This document shows, piece by piece, positions 53,201-64,000 of a stretch of 64,000 nt of DNA. A program made the translations under genes and the position numbers. Origin of the DNA: Camelus dromedarius (taxonomy: Eukaryota); NCBI RefSeq assembly GCF_036321535.1, contig NC_087436.1, forward strand, positions 91,886,001 to 91,950,000, read 5' to 3'. The notes under the pieces were generated by a model, which was not told the DNA's origin, searched no databases, and was given only the letters and a program-made list of their open reading frames with translations. Position 1 is the stretch's first letter, and each line of letters begins with the position of its first letter.

Positions 53201-54279
53201 GAGAACCTACGTCAAGTCATTCTAGGCCCTCTGGGTTTCACCAGATATGAAGGCAACGCATAATATTGAACTTTTTGGGTCTTAACACCATATATAATTC
53301 ACCTTCATACCAACACAGTCATAGAATACAATTTTTAGTATTTTTTTTTTATGGAGGAAGTGACTCACAAAGGCAAAAGTGCCTGGAGCCCATGGAAGTC
53401 ATATGTGGCACTTCAGGGGACTGACAAACATAGAACTAGTGTGCCCCCATCTATCTCAGACTAAAACAAGTCCCTTAATTAATTTCAAGATCCATCAAAA
53501 TCTTGCTGTGCTCTGAATCTTGAAATTTGAAAATGATGAGGATCATACATCAAAAGTTACTGCATGAAGGACACGAAGGAGAACTGTTTAGAGTCAGAAA
53601 ATGTGATTGATGTGGTTTTCTTTCCTGGGTATATAAATAAATGAACTTACATGTATACAAGAAGTCCTTGTCTTTAGTCACACTGTCTTCCTTACCTAGA
53701 ATGTTCTCCCCACTCTGCCTTGCTTAGCCAAGTTCTGCCCTAGTATGGAAGATCAACTTTCATTTCATCAAGTGATTTTTTTTTAACAATCTGGTTCTCT
53801 TTGAAATCTTTTCTGAACATTTGGAGAATTTATTTTCTAAGGCACTCATTTTGAACTGAACCTACGATGCCTTGATTATTAACTAATTCTTTAGATTATT
53901 TCCTAGTTCCCTAGGCTGTAGAATGTTAAGTGCTAGGCAATAAGTCTTGCATGTTTTTGTGTTTTTAGCCCTCGTGTCATTTCCTGCTCACAGTGGGAAC
54001 TTAGTCAAAGATAAATAGCGGTCTTTTCCTATCTACTCTTTCTTCTTCTGCCTCTTTTAGTTGACACATTCTCATCCCTGCAGCCATTTAGACTCAAAAC
54101 TTCAGGATTTCCAAAGATAAATACAGATTCCTGGGCACTGTGGGGTGAATGTGATTCCAGTCTGTCTGAAGATTTTATTGTCAAAAAGTGCAGATTTAGG
54201 GCTTGGGGAGGAGGGTCCACCTGCCTAGAACACCAAATCCACGCCATCCTCCCTGATGACCCAGGGTTCCACATCCACC

Positions 54280-55110
54280 TCTGTCTTTCCTCAAACCCTT
54301 CTACCCTCCTACACTGTCCCTCAGTCATTTACACTGTTTTGTCTCTGAAACATTTCCCGTATATGCCCCAGTTCCGTATTCTCTTGCATTGCTAAGTCAG
54401 GCCTTCATCAGTTCCCTTCTGAATTGTTGAAGTAGCCTCCATATGGGTCTCTCTGACTCCAGGTTACATCACCTTTAATTTATCCTATCTCTTACCACCC
54501 GAGTTATCTTCATAAAATAGTTAATTTTCTACTCAAAAAGACAGTCTCTTGATCTAAATAGTCAATTGTTCATTCAACATCCAATTGCTTACAGCATAAA
54601 GTCCATGTCCAAATTCTTCTGCGAGAACTAGAGGTTCCCAGCAGTATTTCAGTAACTGCTTGTCCAGTCTTCATCATGTGTCATAGCACACCCCTTAAAC
54701 ACTATGCCAGCTGGATTCACAACTCCCTGAGAGGCTAACAGTATTCCCTGTCTCTCTGACTACATTCAAGCTCTTTTTATTCAAAATGTCTGTCCATGAA
54801 CTGCGCTCTTAAGTTATAGCTCCATTATTCTAAATCCAGTTCAATTCTCAAATCTGTTAAGTTTTCTTGTTGTCCCTTCCAGGAAGTCTGTATATCCTGT
54901 TCCCTATGTTTTTCAAACTTCTCAACATTATTCCTTTCCTCATTCTTGTGTTTTCACAATTTATCATAGAAAAATAAATGTGTGTATGAGATTTTCTGCT
55001 AGAAATTTTCTGTTTGACAAGAATTAATGTCTGATATTTTTCCATCCTTAATAGTTTTTAGAAGAATGCCTTGCCCAGAGTGAGTGATCAATAAATGCTA
55101 CTGAATTGAG
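54280..55110. mobile_element. L2 relic
   Basis: tagcctcc...gttatcttcataaaa...cagcataaagtcca...tgccttgcccagagtgagtgatcaataaatgctactgaattga (L2 3' end). Confidence 0.6.
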
Positions 55111-55229
55111 CATTTCCTGAACTGAAAGAGGAAACGCCTCTAGGACTTTAGTGTCAGAAAAAAATTCCAATTAGGTATGTCCACCTAAAATGGAACTACA
55201 AGTCAATGAATTGTTGTTCTGTGCGTTAC

Positions 55230-55373
55230 GCCATTAATCGCTTTAATTTCTTCCTTCGAATTTGAGTGTAGCACATCGCCTACTTTCACACAAGGAATTT
55301 TGTTATTATTAGAAGCAGCAGCAACAAGCAGTAAGCTGATTTTTTCCTTACAACAAGATTTGTCAAATATTTT
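55230..55373 (-). pseudogene. Candidate exon, 144 nt, open: KIFDKSCCKEKISLLLVAAASNNNKIPCVKVGDVLHSNSKEEIKAING
   Basis: Acceptor ACCTTTTCTTAG|, donor GGC|GTAACG (alternative TAG|GTGGAC at 55185). Phase 0 matches the 56282 exon end. Confidence 0.55.
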
Positions 55374-56281
55374 CTAAGAAAAGGTATTTCACAAATAAAG
55401 AGCTCCCTGCATGGAGGAGTTTTTGATATATCCAGTTAAACAAGATTGAACCAATCTTTTTGCTGCAGGATTTCAATACATTTTTAATGCATTGTGAATA
55501 TCAAACAGAAAGACAGTAAATAGAATTCCCTAAACATGTTGTTGCACAAAACCTTTTATCCCAAAGTACACTGCGTATTTGATGGTGGTGTTTAGTGGAA
55601 CATTTTGGGAAACACTATTCATGAGTGCAAATCTGTCCTAACAGGAGTATAAATCTATTGTAGAGACTACATCATTTTTGCAAGAGATAAAAAACTTAAT
55701 GACTAACAAACTTATTTATATAAGCATATTGAAATATCTCTCTCAAAAGTTAAGGATCCAGTCAAAATAATATTTACCAATGTAAGCCATGTTAACACTT
55801 CTTTATAACATTAATGAAGTGGTATCTAAAAGGAGCAAAGTCCTTGAATGCTTGATTAAAGTAGCACACATACATTTTTTTCAGTACAAAACAGCAACTA
55901 AACAAATTTTATAAACCTATGAGTTTGTGCATACCATTTGGACTTCATGGAACCTAACATTTACAGACTGAGCAGGTTGTCAAACAATGTGAAGTCATTT
56001 AATATTTAAGCATTTAATTTTTATTTAATAAAAATCCTTTGTGTTATATAGATGTCAAGTTTATATATATAAATGTGTGTATATATATATATAAAATACA
56101 GATAAAACATAGATATATATATATATGTTTGTATCAGGCAAAGATTGGGGATTATAGAGACAGCAAATCGTCACTAGTTTAAATACTTCTTGAAAAAAAA
56201 TCTAAAAATGTTTGATTTGATCATAATAATGATTTAAACATTGACTTAGTATTGTTTTACTATAAACTGGTTTGCTCTTAC

Positions 56282-56416
56282 GAATACATAACGCACAGTA
56301 CACACTGGGGGAAGCTTGTGTTCGTCTGGAATACTTTGAAAGGTTCTGTTCATTGGAGACACTAGAGCATCAGCCATGGTTATTACTTACTATTCTCTCA
56401 ATACTCAAGTTAATCT
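56282..56416 (-). pseudogene. Candidate exon, 135 nt; 3' frame MADALVSPMNRTFQSIPDEHKLPPVCTVRYVF
   Basis: Acceptor CATATTTTTAG|, donor TTC|GTAAGA. ACCATGG at 56377 opens 32 codons ending in phase 0. Confidence 0.5.
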
Positions 56417-56831
56417 CTAAAAATATGCATTTATTTGGTTTACTGCTTAGGCATCATAAAGACAGCAAAATAATTGAGACTAAAACCTGCTTATGGAATA
56501 AAAATGACACGTGCTGAAAATTTTTTACTGTTTCACCCTAGCTCATGAGCCATCATTAGTGGGACTGAGAGCTGAGACATGTTTTTAAGCTGATGCAACC
56601 GTATGTGGTCCAAGCTGAGCTAGTCCTGCTCTTTTAGTGGAAAAGGGACAGGAAACTGAAGGAGATCCACCAAGTACCTGTGAGTGACTAGGGCGCTAGT
56701 AAGCCCTGGAATCAGCCTGTGTGTGTGACTCAGGTGCAGCACGTGCTCTTGGCAGCTGCAGATCAGACTGCCCCAGACAAGGCTATTCTGCACGGACCAG
56801 GAAACAGTGAGGGAAAATGAACAGTCAGTGA

Positions 56832-57250
56832 GTCTGTTCTCTACGTCTGTGAGTCTGTTTCTGTTTTGTAAATAAGTTCATTTTTTGCGTCATTTTTTTA
56901 GATTCCACATGTAAGTGGTATCATATGGTATTTTTCTTTCTCTTTCTGTCTTACTTCACTTGGTAGCACAATCTCCAGGTCCCAGTGGGGTAAGGGGTGG
57001 GTGGAGGGATGACTGAGACTTCAGGACTTGTAGACATTAACTACCATATAGAAAATAGATAAAAATAGATATACTGTATAGCACAGTTAACTATATTCAA
57101 TATCTTGTAATAACCTATAATAAAAAAGAATATGAGAAGGAATGTAAATATACATGACTGAAACATGCTATACACCAGAAATTACAACACTGTAAACCGA
57201 CTATACATTAAAAAACATATTTTTTTTAAAGCAAAAAGACCTTCAAAAAA
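56832..57250. mobile_element. Young L1 3' fragment with 5' inversion, inserted in an older LTR-like element
   Basis: Antisense L1 at about 56835-56983, then sense L1 at about 56984-57215. Flanks aacagtcagtg / aatagtcaatg. Confidence 0.75.
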
Positions 57251-57499
57251 TAGTCAATGGGAAATAGGAGAGAGAAAAACAGAGAGAGTGAATACTTCCT
57301 AAGTTTCTGCTGACTTCAAAGTTCTCTTTTCAGGTGTTTCTCAGGCTCATTCACATTTCAGTTTTTGCAAATTTTGAGCCACTCATGGATTCCAAATTTC
57401 CTTTTAATGTTTCATTCTGCTAAGCTAGTTCAAGTGAGTTTATGTTACTTGCCATAGCAAAGCTTTAAATAATGCATTCATAAAATTAACTTCAGCATA

Positions 57500-58030
57500 A
57501 TTGTCTCTACAGCAAGCTACCGCCAATGCCCTCTAGGGAGAGACCGCTAGGAATATACTTGTGGTTGAATAAGCTGAGTCTAATGTACACAGCAGCAGAA
57601 GAGAACACTCCCCAGGGAACTGTGGAGCAGTGGAGGGTGCTAGGACCGATCCACCACAGGGCTTGGACTTATGATTTGGGGAGAGGCTTTAAGGAAGTTC
57701 GCTGCTGCTCTCGGTCTGGCTGCTGGCAGGAAGTGTGGGTAAATCTGTGACTGGGTATCTTTTTAAATCTTACCTAGAAGGAGAGAAGACTTGATGGAGG
57801 CTGAAGATGTAATTTGTAGAGAAGCAGCACTCACTCATCTTAGCCAGTTTTGGTCACACCTTTGTGATGTGGACAATGTTCGTGGTTTTTACAGGTTCAC
57901 ATATGATTATTGAGTGGTTTTATTTTCATTTTAGTAGAGTAGCCTTGTCTAATTCTGATATTCTGTAAATGATGCTCAGCAGGAGAACACCAAAACCCAG
58001 CTGATGATGTCAAGTGATGCTTTTCTTTTT
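57500..58030 (-). mobile_element. ERV1 MER31/MER67-like LTR
   Basis: ctagggagagacc...tgtggttgaataagctgagt...gaagagaacactcccagggaactgtgg...gcagcactcactcat. Confidence 0.55.
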
Positions 58031-58186
58031 CTTATGGTAAGAAGACAGTGACCTGATCTTATCCTCAATCCCTCCTCATTATTAGATCAGTGACACTTTA
58101 TCTGCCCTGGTTCACCCTGGTTCATCTTCTGTTGTCATCCAGGCTCCGTGTGTTTGAAGCTGATCTTCTCTGTAACCAATGCCCAC

Positions 58187-58665
58187 CTTGTCCCATGCCA
58201 TCAGTGCAATGGTGGGCATTTTTCTGTGTCAAAGAATGTAATTCTAGTAACCAAAGTGTCAGTCTCTAAATTGTGCAGAAGTTCAGACAACAACAGCAGC
58301 ATCTTCATACACTGTATTTCTAAGTCTCTAAAGCTAGTTCTTAACTCAGACAGCTTCTCACAATGTTGAAATACCCCAGATCTGCTCTACAGTTATTGCC
58401 AGCTTGAGGCCACACACTCACTCATTTCTCTCTCTTTCTCTCTGTGTTCAGAGCAACATCTGGCAAAGCTTTCTTATGGTGGGGAAAAAATGGGTTTTAT
58501 ATCCCTTAATTTGTTTAGGAAAAAAAAAATGTACCTTCCACTATGAAAACAACTTCCAGGATTCAGAAATGATCAGGGATGGCTTCCCTACTGGAACTGC
58601 TATTACTATGGCTCCACAATGTTTTCTGTCCCACTCTATCAGATATCACCCTTGGCTGCAGTAGT
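58187..58665 (-). pseudogene. Two weak candidate exons (58535-58665 and 58187-58381/58386); the second reads SGVFQHCEKLSELRTSFRDLEIQCMKMLLLLSELLHNLETDTLVTRITFFDTEKCPPLH*
   Basis: Donors AAG|GTACAT and AAG|GTGGGC, a 59-codon open stretch, weak acceptors, ambiguous frames. Confidence 0.35.
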
Positions 58666-58899
58666 CTGAGGTTTTCCAGGTTAATTAGTATATATAAATT
58701 TTTTTTATTTTACTTTTATGAAGATGATTTAAGCACAGTTTGAATGTCTAAGGGAAACGGAAAGCGCAGGGATCACTGATCTGACCATCAACTAGGCATG
58801 GAACACACAGAGCCAAGTGAGCACCATCACAGAAAGCATTTCTGTAGATTCTAGCATCGTTATGACAAGCGGGCATTGTCAAGTTGCGCTAACTGAATT

Positions 58900-59095
58900 A
58901 AAACATTAAGTCTTCCACGTACAAGTTGTGTGACTGGCTGGGCTACTTAATCTCTCTGCACCGTGGTTGCTTTATAAAATGAAGTGAAGAATAGCATTTA
59001 TCTCATAGGGTTACTGTAAAGGCTCAAAGAGAAAATGTGCAAAAGGAGTTTATCAGAGCTCCTGAGGCATAATACATCCTCAATAATATGCATAC
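58900..59095 (+). mobile_element. MIR SINE
   Basis: gtgtgactggctgggctacttaatctctctg...ataaaatgaag...tctcatagggttactgtaaagg. Confidence 0.7.
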
Positions 59096-59367
59096 AATAA
59101 ACACACACACACACACACACTGTTCTGACATAAAACAGTCAAACGGCTTACTAGAGAATTTGATAACATTTAATGAAAACATTTGTAAAAACAATAAAAG
59201 AATGAGCTCTTCTTGTAGAACAAATACCCTTGAATAGTTACAAATTTCCCTCAATTTATAAACACAGATACTCTCTCATCTATTCATTTCCTAAATTCAG
59301 AATCTGTGCTAGATTCTGGAACACAACAATAAAAGCACATATCTGTGATATTAGGTAATCATTTTAC

Positions 59368-59528
59368 CCAAGAACAGGCACCCACGGACTTGGTTTTTCT
59401 GCGTAGTTTTACACTGCGGCTGAAGCATGTGAAATCGCAAATTCTAAAGAAGAGTAGTACCGCAGCCCGCCCGGGGTCATTTGAGAAGTGGACATATTTT
59501 TTATAAACGCCGCACTATCTGCCCTAGT
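59368..59528 (-). pseudogene. Candidate exon, 161 nt: TRADSAAFIKNMSTSQMTPGGLRYYSSLEFAISHASAAV*NYAEKPSPWVPVL(G)
   Basis: Acceptor CTTGTTTTCAG|, donor TGG|GTAAAA, one TAA in 53 codons, 9 CpGs. Phase 0 start matches the 61368 donor. Confidence 0.55.
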
Positions 59529-60309
59529 CTGAAAACAAGTCTTTTGTGATTAAGAATGAAAATATGCTACCCTAGGTGCCAGGAGCAGTGAAAAACTAGG
59601 CTTGTCTACCAATAGAGGCTATAATCACTCAATCAGTGCTTTTTCTTCCAGAAAGTTGTTTCCACAGCATAGAGAGAAAAAAAAAAGTTGCCAAAATAAC
59701 TCATCCAGATAAAATATTGAAATACATTAAATTCTAAAAGAGAGTAATAGTAGATATTGCACTTTCCAAAATATATTACCCCTTCTATATTTCTGTTGGT
59801 ATTTTTAAGATTTCTCTTTCGTTATTCAAAGTACAGTGAGTATTGGTTTGCCTTCAGCAGCGATAATAAACACTAGGCAGATGTGTGAAAAATGAGCTAA
59901 AGACCAAAAAGGAAGAATATTCTTAATTATGACTATACATGCAGTTTGAAATAAATAATTTATAAAAGAAACGCTGGGGGTTTTTTGTTTGTTTGTTTGT
60001 TTTGCTTTTTTCCTTTTAAATGGTACTTCTCCAAAAGGAAGTTATATTACAATGTCCACACATAAATAGTCCAGTGGAAAAAAATGCCAGGTCTTATAGA
60101 TACATAATAGATCAATTATTAAAAATTTTAAATAAGGGTACTATTTTTAAAAATCTCTTTTATCATTTGTATCTGGTGATGTACATTGAAAATGGCTCTT
60201 AGTTACATTTAGATAGTAACATTGAATTATAAGATCTGAATAGTACCCTAATAAATTTTTCAAGAAGCCTCAATGTAACTAGTGATACCTTCTCTAAGGA
60301 AATCGACTC

Positions 60310-60725
60310 TCTTACAGTGTTTATTACGCACTTGCCATGTGTCAGGTTCTGTGCTAAGTGTTTTACATACATCGTATAATTTTCACTCAAGAATAAACCC
60401 TGTGGAATCCATATCATAGCCACCATTTCACAATTGAGAGAACAAATCTCAGAGAGACAATTGACTTGTGCAAGATCACATGACTAGCGGGCGGTGAATC
60501 TATTGTTCTTGGTTACTAAGCTACATTAACTTTCCTGGGCAGCCTTATGTTGAGTCCTGAGTACATGCTAAGCCCTCCATTATCTTATTTACTTGTACAA
60601 CTACTATGCAGGGGTCGGTATCTACTCATTTTAAAAATGAGAAAATAGAGTTCAAGGTCACATCGTTAGTAAGTTAAGAGTGTTCATTGCAAAATCAAGA
60701 TCTAAATATAGGTTTGTCTAAATCC
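60310..60725 (-). mobile_element. Two MIR fragments
   Basis: cacttgccatgtgtcaggttctgtgctaagtgttttaca...; cattttaaaaatgagaaaatagag...aaggtcacatcgttagtaagt. Confidence 0.65.
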
Positions 60726-61367
60726 AAAATCATTCTTGTAATCTGCAAGTCATACCTGCCTGAAAAAAAAAGCATTTTTTTATTCTGTGTATATCTCATT
60801 CAGACTAGCATTGCCTTAATAACTGATAATATATTTTGGAAGCAGTAGATATAATTATTACTACCATTATTATGTATTTTTCCACTCTACCTGAGAAGGA
60901 ATCTTTTGCATGGTCTTGGAGAGTTCTTTGAAAAGTGTCAAGGGTATTGAACTATATCTTCAGAAACAGATTTGAATATTTGAATTCAGGCTTAATAAAT
61001 GCAGTTAGAAAATGTAATGGAAAAATTTTAAGTGGCAGAAACAAGATTACCTATTTCTGACCCCACTGTGGGTACTTTATCACATTCCTAGATCAATGAG
61101 AAAGTGGATGCAGGAAAAGACTAACGTCTCTAACAGTCCACGTTGTCTCTGAATTTAGCTGCTAAGAGTGGAAATGTATTAAAAATTATTTAAAATAAAA
61201 ACTGAAAGATTATCAACTTAATGGAACGTTAGTGTGTTCACTGTTGCTTATGCTTTAATTGTAAACTTACATAATCACAAGCACTCCCACTAAACTGCCT
61301 ATGAGTTTAGACTTAACGGGACAAAAATATCTCTATCCACAAATCAGATTTAACAAGCACAATTTAC

Positions 61368-61586
61368 GGTAAATTTTGTGACAATAGGAAAATCCGTGAA
61401 TTAGAAGAAATGACACCCTTGCATAACTTTTTCACGTGTCCCTGCTTTATACTCCATCACGCTTCCTTGCCCATGAGAAAGAGTTCGCAGGCAGATAAGA
61501 GCAGTGGTGTGTCCAGCAAGGAAGGGCAAGGCGTTGGGGTCAGACTTATCTCAGGTCAACGAAAATGTACCAGAGTATGAATGATG
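61368..61586 (-). pseudogene. Candidate exon, 219 nt: HHSYSGTFSLT*DKSDPNALPFLAGHTTALICLRTLSHGQGSVMEYKAGTREKVMQGCHFF*FTDFPIVTKFT
   Basis: Acceptor CTCCTCATTTCAG|, donor ACC|GTAAAT, two stops in 73 codons; 5' frame ambiguous. Confidence 0.45.
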
Positions 61587-61863
61587 CTGAAATGAGGAGC
61601 ATTTAGAAGAAGAACAACTTTAAAGATGTAATTACTAGGAGGCTCTAAAGAAGAGAATATGAAAGCCATTTAAGCTCTGAAACCTTAAGTCTTCAGGGAA
61701 GAAAGGTACAAGAATATTAACTTAATGGAATGTTAATCTGTTTACCGTTGCTGTTTGCTGTATTTGCTGTCCATTTATATAGTCACAGGTGCTCCCACTC
61801 AGCTGCTATTTTAGCTTTGCAGAACAAAATGCCCCTGCCTAGAGTTTTATTCAATAGACATAC

Positions 61864-61980
61864 TTTATTTGTGAGCTTTTGTCTTTAAATGTTACAGATG
61901 CAGCATTTAGGAATAGGCTGTATTCTCTCTCCTCCACTCCCAATTCCAAATCACCAAAATAACATGCCAACTGCCCCAGA
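61864..61980 (-). pseudogene. Candidate exon, 117 nt, open: LGQLACYFGDLELGVEEREYSLFLNAASVTFKDKSSQI
   Basis: Acceptor GAACTTTCAG|, donor AAA|GTATGT, phase 2-2 open. Phase does not directly match my reading of the next exon. Confidence 0.4.
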
Positions 61981-62057
61981 CTGAAAGTTCAGGTGCTCAC
62001 TCCTGAGCTAGTCAGAAGTGGCCAGGGGTCTCGGTCTATTGTACAAATTGTCAGAAC

Positions 62058-62098
62058 TCTCTCTCTCTTTCTCTCTCTTTCTCCCTCTCCCTCTCTCT

Positions 62099-62157
<59 letters not shown>

Positions 62158-62159
62158 AC
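62058..62159. repeat. Compound (CT)n(CA)n microsatellite
   Basis: Directly visible. Confidence 0.95.
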
Positions 62160-63089
62160 CCCCCTAAGAAAACATGGTGGATATCCCTTACACATGCTCA
62201 GAGCAAAGTTTCAATTCGACTCTTTTTCCAAGGTACAGTTTGGGAAGTGTGTTAGACCCCTCTCAAGGGATCCTCCCAGATTTTACCTTTCCCTCGTTTG
62301 AGCTGTCCCTGCAGCAGGAGCTCCGTGTGAGCCGCAGTCCCCTTCATGCAGGTAGAAGCTGACCACAACTTTCTTCTCACCAGCCTATGTTGTCCTCAAG
62401 TCCTGTCCTGGAGCTCCCCTCCTCAGGGTTTAGAAGGCATAAATGAACAGAAAGGAGAGGAATTTCACATCCTTTCTTTGTCGAGGGAAAGAGTTAGTGG
62501 ATAAAGTCTTACCCCTTTCACTCCCCAACCCCCTCCCCAGTGAACTGTCCTGAGGCACAAGCATACAGCTCCTTATTAAATGGCCCCAAAATACCAAACA
62601 GTCAGACTCACGCAGTGACAGTCATCTCAATAGCACATCCTCAAACGGATTATCTCGCTGTGTCTCCTTTCCTCGCCCCTCACTTCTGCTTCCTGGGATT
62701 AGACTCTCTAAGTAAAAACTATCAGCCTTTGCCTCGGGCTCTGCTCAGTCTGGGGAAAGCAGGCTAAATCAGGAGGAGTTTCTTTACCTCGTTGATTCAT
62801 TCATCAAGCAAATAATAGAAGCTGAAAAAACTAAAGCTTTCAGATGCTTCATACATCGCTTCAAAAACATTTACTGAGCGGTTATTAAATGTGCCGTGGA
62901 TGCAGTGGTGCCTAAGAAGACCCTGCCTCTGCCCTCCAGAAGCTTACAGCCCCTTCGGAGATACATCAAAATTGTCAACAAAGAAAAGTTAATTAGACAC
63001 TGTGTTAAGTGCTAAGAAAGAAATCAAGTGGTATCCTGAGAAAGAAACTAGTCGAAGGGGACTCCCTTAGACAAGGCTGCGTTGGTGGA

Positions 63090-63610
63090 TGTTTAACAGA
63101 GTTCTTAGTTGTGAGCAGCAGAAGCCGACTCTGGCTGGTTACCAGGAAAGTTCGGGTAGCTTACAACATCGCGGAGAGGACTGGAGAACCAGGCTCGGAG
63201 ACAAAGCATTCCAGGACAAAACCCGAAAGCATGCAACTGAACCGGCCTGATGAAGGAATAGTTGTGATGTTTCTGCACGATGGTCATAAGTTGTTTCTCC
63301 GGCTCACCGATGTCACTTTGGTACGGAGAACTTGACTTTCTAACCACCGAAATACTGCCACCATTTCCACCGTGGAAGACATCACTGTTGCCTTCAGTGA
63401 CAGCCAAAGGGGAAAAGGGGCTCCCATTCCGAGCCTTGGGGAGTATTGAGAGTGTGTTCGCTTGGTGGGTCTTGGTCATCTATCTGCATCTAAGGCAAGG
63501 GAGCCGGGATTTTGAGTGATGGTGTTTGTGTTGGGCAGGTGAATCTCCTGATGTAGGGATTCCCATACATGGAGAGAGGCAGCCATAACAGGTCAGATGC
63601 CATTAGAAGA
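63090..63610. mobile_element. Old MaLR LTR (MLT1J/K/L-like)
   Basis: gagttcttagttgtgagcagcagaagccgactctggct...gagtgtgttcgcttggtgggtcttggtca...gcaagggagccggg. Confidence 0.65.
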
Positions 63611-63660
63611 GTATATAAAGGCTTTAGAAATTTACTTCAGCAAATTACTGTGTAAAAAAC

Positions 63661-63664
<4 letters not shown>

Positions 63665-63691
<27 letters not shown>
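63665..63691. repeat. Poly-A tract
   Basis: Directly visible; another A24 run at 992-1015. Confidence 0.95.
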
Positions 63692-63693
<2 letters not shown>

Positions 63694-64000
63694 TTATGCT
63701 CAGATCTAGACAGAGACATAATAAGGCTATGTTAAAGAGACACTGTATCTGGATCACAGAGGGCAAAAATGACACAAGATGATGTTGGAAAGCTAGACAG
63801 GGCCACATCCTGCAGGACACCACCTCATGTTGTCCTTTAAATGTCACCCTTGTCTAGCTACCCTCTGTTCTGACAGTCAGTGTGGAGATAATCTGGAATC
63901 TATGTAAACCACAACTGTGAACTTGAAGATTCATTTTCTCTGCACTGTAAAGAGTTCAGGCACCCAGTAAATTCTCATGTGGAGTGAGTGGATGGTACAA

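Larger units (their letters stand above)
6816..61980 (-). pseudogene. Multi-exon unprocessed pseudogene (or heavily degraded gene) of an unrecognised large protein; 5' end unresolved
   Basis: Chain of exon-like segments in repeat-free islands, all on the minus strand, with pyrimidine-AG acceptors, GT donors and mostly matching phases. Disabled by stops, frameshifts and two non-GT donors. The 43.7-6.9 kb part is much better supported than the 55-62 kb part. Confidence 0.75.

Noticed and set aside
61989..62301. ORFs with RERE/LSLS/THTH runs
   Set aside because: Microsatellite artefacts.
63009..63519. Overlapping ORFs of 124, 108 and 79 aa
   Set aside because: They lie in an old MaLR LTR; GC-richer sequence gives chance ORFs on both strands; no splice support.
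1..64000. CRISPR arrays, tRNA/rRNA genes, CpG-island promoter, intact retroviral or transposase ORFs
   Set aside because: None seen; the DNA is mammalian and the tandem repeats are simple microsatellites without spacers.

Overview
AT-rich mammalian genomic DNA. The young L1 3' ends, the ancient eutherian repeats (MIR, L2, MLT1, MER2/MER5/MER53/MER102) and the absence of recognisable Alu, Bov-tA or PRE-1 SINEs suggest a cetartiodactyl, probably a camelid (inference). I found no intact gene, RNA gene or prokaryote-type system. The main hidden feature is a long spliced gene relic on the minus strand. About 13 exon-like segments lie between 43.7 kb and 6.9 kb, mostly with AG/GT boundaries and chained reading phases. 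About 7 weaker candidates lie between 55 and 62 kb. Together they hold roughly 3.4 kb of coding-like sequence (over 1100 codons). Several exons are fully open; others carry in-frame stops, 1-nt frameshifts or mutated donors, so it reads as an unprocessed (unitary) pseudogene. I do not recognise the protein. A central part loosely recalls the TET/JBP-associated (GREB1-type) GT-A glycosyltransferase motifs, which is only a hypothesis. Repeat names come from recalled consensus sequences, not a RepeatMasker run, and repeat boundaries are approximate.
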